DNA of 32,000 nt from Halogeometricum borinquense DSM 11551. Lineage in GTDB: Archaea > Halobacteriota > Halobacteria > Halobacteriales > Haloferacaceae. This document shows positions 31,573 through 32,000 of the stretch, in pieces (position 1 is the first letter of the stretch; each line of letters begins with the position of its first letter). The notes under the pieces are model-generated. The model was not told where the DNA came from and ran no database searches. It worked only from the letters and a program-made list of their open reading frames with translations. The translations under genes were made by a program, and so were the position numbers. The DNA is taken from the NCBI RefSeq assembly GCF_000172995.2, contig NC_014729.1:960001-992000 (forward strand), given 5' to 3'.

Positions 31573-32000
31573 ATGTCAAACCAACAGCTCTCGACGACCC
31601 GACGGGCGTTCCTCGGTGCCGCGGGCGTCGCCGCCGTCGGCGGTCTCGCACTCGGTGGGTCGGCAGTCGCACAGAACGAGGCACGTAACGGCGCGCGTCG
31701 CTACCGCGTCACTGTCACAAACCTCACGGATTACCAGCCGTTTACACCGCCAGCCGTCGCGGTCCACCGATCAGACGTTGAACTGTTCTCGGTGGGCGAG
31801 ATGGCCAACGAGGCGGTCCAACAGGTCGCAGAGAACGGTAATCTCGGGCCGTTCTCGGAACTCGTGGATTCGACGGACGCCATCCGTGGTTCCGCTGTCG
31901 GGAGTGGCCCGCTCGTCCCCCGCACGGACCCGGGTGAAACAGACCTTCCGTACTTTGCGGAACTACACGTCTCCGCGGACGCCAGCGCCCGTTACCTGAG
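31573..32000 (+). CDS. Tat-secreted Spondin_N-like domain protein, 3'-truncated by the window edge. Not in the ORF track because it is open-ended.
   Basis: Hand translation of frame 1 from ATG 31573: MSNQQLSTTRRAFLGAAGVAAVGGLALGGSAVAQNEARNGARRYRVTVTNLTDYQPFTPPAVAVHRSDVELFSVGEMANEAVQQVAENGNLGPF... It has a twin-arginine signal (TRRAFLG). YRVTVTNLT..QPFTPP..AVH is the Spondin_N hallmark. No stop occurs before 32000. Confidence 0.75.
   Translation, partial: MSNQQLSTTRRAFLGAAGVAAVGGLALGGSAVAQNEARNGARRYRVTVTNLTDYQPFTPPAVAVHRSDVELFSVGEMANEAVQQVAENGNLGPFSELVDSTDAIRGSAVGSGPLVPRTDPGETDLPYFAELHVSADASARYL

Noticed and set aside
31500-31688. 62-aa + strand ORF (MNRLDTDLEK...) and the 127-aa ORF at 31616-31999
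   Set aside because: Both overlap, out of frame, the open-ended frame-1 ORF, which has a clear Tat signal and a Spondin_N-like motif. Their own translations become Arg-rich junk.

Overview
This window is high-G+C DNA encoding very acidic proteins, which fits a haloarchaeal (class Halobacteria) chromosome. No database search was possible. All calls rest on motifs I recognise in the supplied translations and on hand inspection of the DNA.

(1) 1-9620, + strand: the distal part of the archaeal S10/spc ribosomal-protein operon, from uS3 through uL15 to secY. Most junctions overlap by 1-4 nt (10 nt at rnp1/rps17). It includes the 58-aa uS14 gene, which falls below the cutoff of the supplied ORF track.

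(2) 9621-10198: a spacer of lower G+C containing a 48-aa CPxCG zinc-finger ORF.

(3) 10199-17509, - strand: the most unusual content of the window.
- A Tat lipoprotein with two DUF4399-like His-rich repeats.
- A tightly coupled bacterial-type, ACP-dependent type II fatty-acid/polyketide synthase-like operon (acpP-fabF-acpS-fabD-fabG).
- On the same strand, upstream of that operon: an MDR-family reductase, an orphan R2-like (ribonucleotide reductase small subunit fold) di-metal protein lacking the radical tyrosine, and a CBS-ParB fusion protein.

(4) 17744-18120, + strand: a roughly 375-nt non-coding, strongly self-complementary segment. It has its own TATA-like box and a T-rich 3' end. I could not assign it to RNase P RNA or SRP RNA.

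(5) 18200-25880: assorted housekeeping and accessory genes. These are a small conserved protein, an alpha/beta hydrolase, a TIGR00300-type protein, UspA, a PGF-CTERM surface protein with a coupled membrane protein, a PAS histidine kinase, a ZIP transporter and an SDR.

(6) 25987-30261: the known C50-carotenoid (bacterioruberin) cluster crtD-lyeJ-cruF, with a convergent crtB. It is followed by a small zinc-finger ORF, a wHTH regulator/membrane protein pair, and the 5' part of a Tat-secreted Spondin_N-like protein.

I saw no rRNA, tRNA, CRISPR array or transposase.
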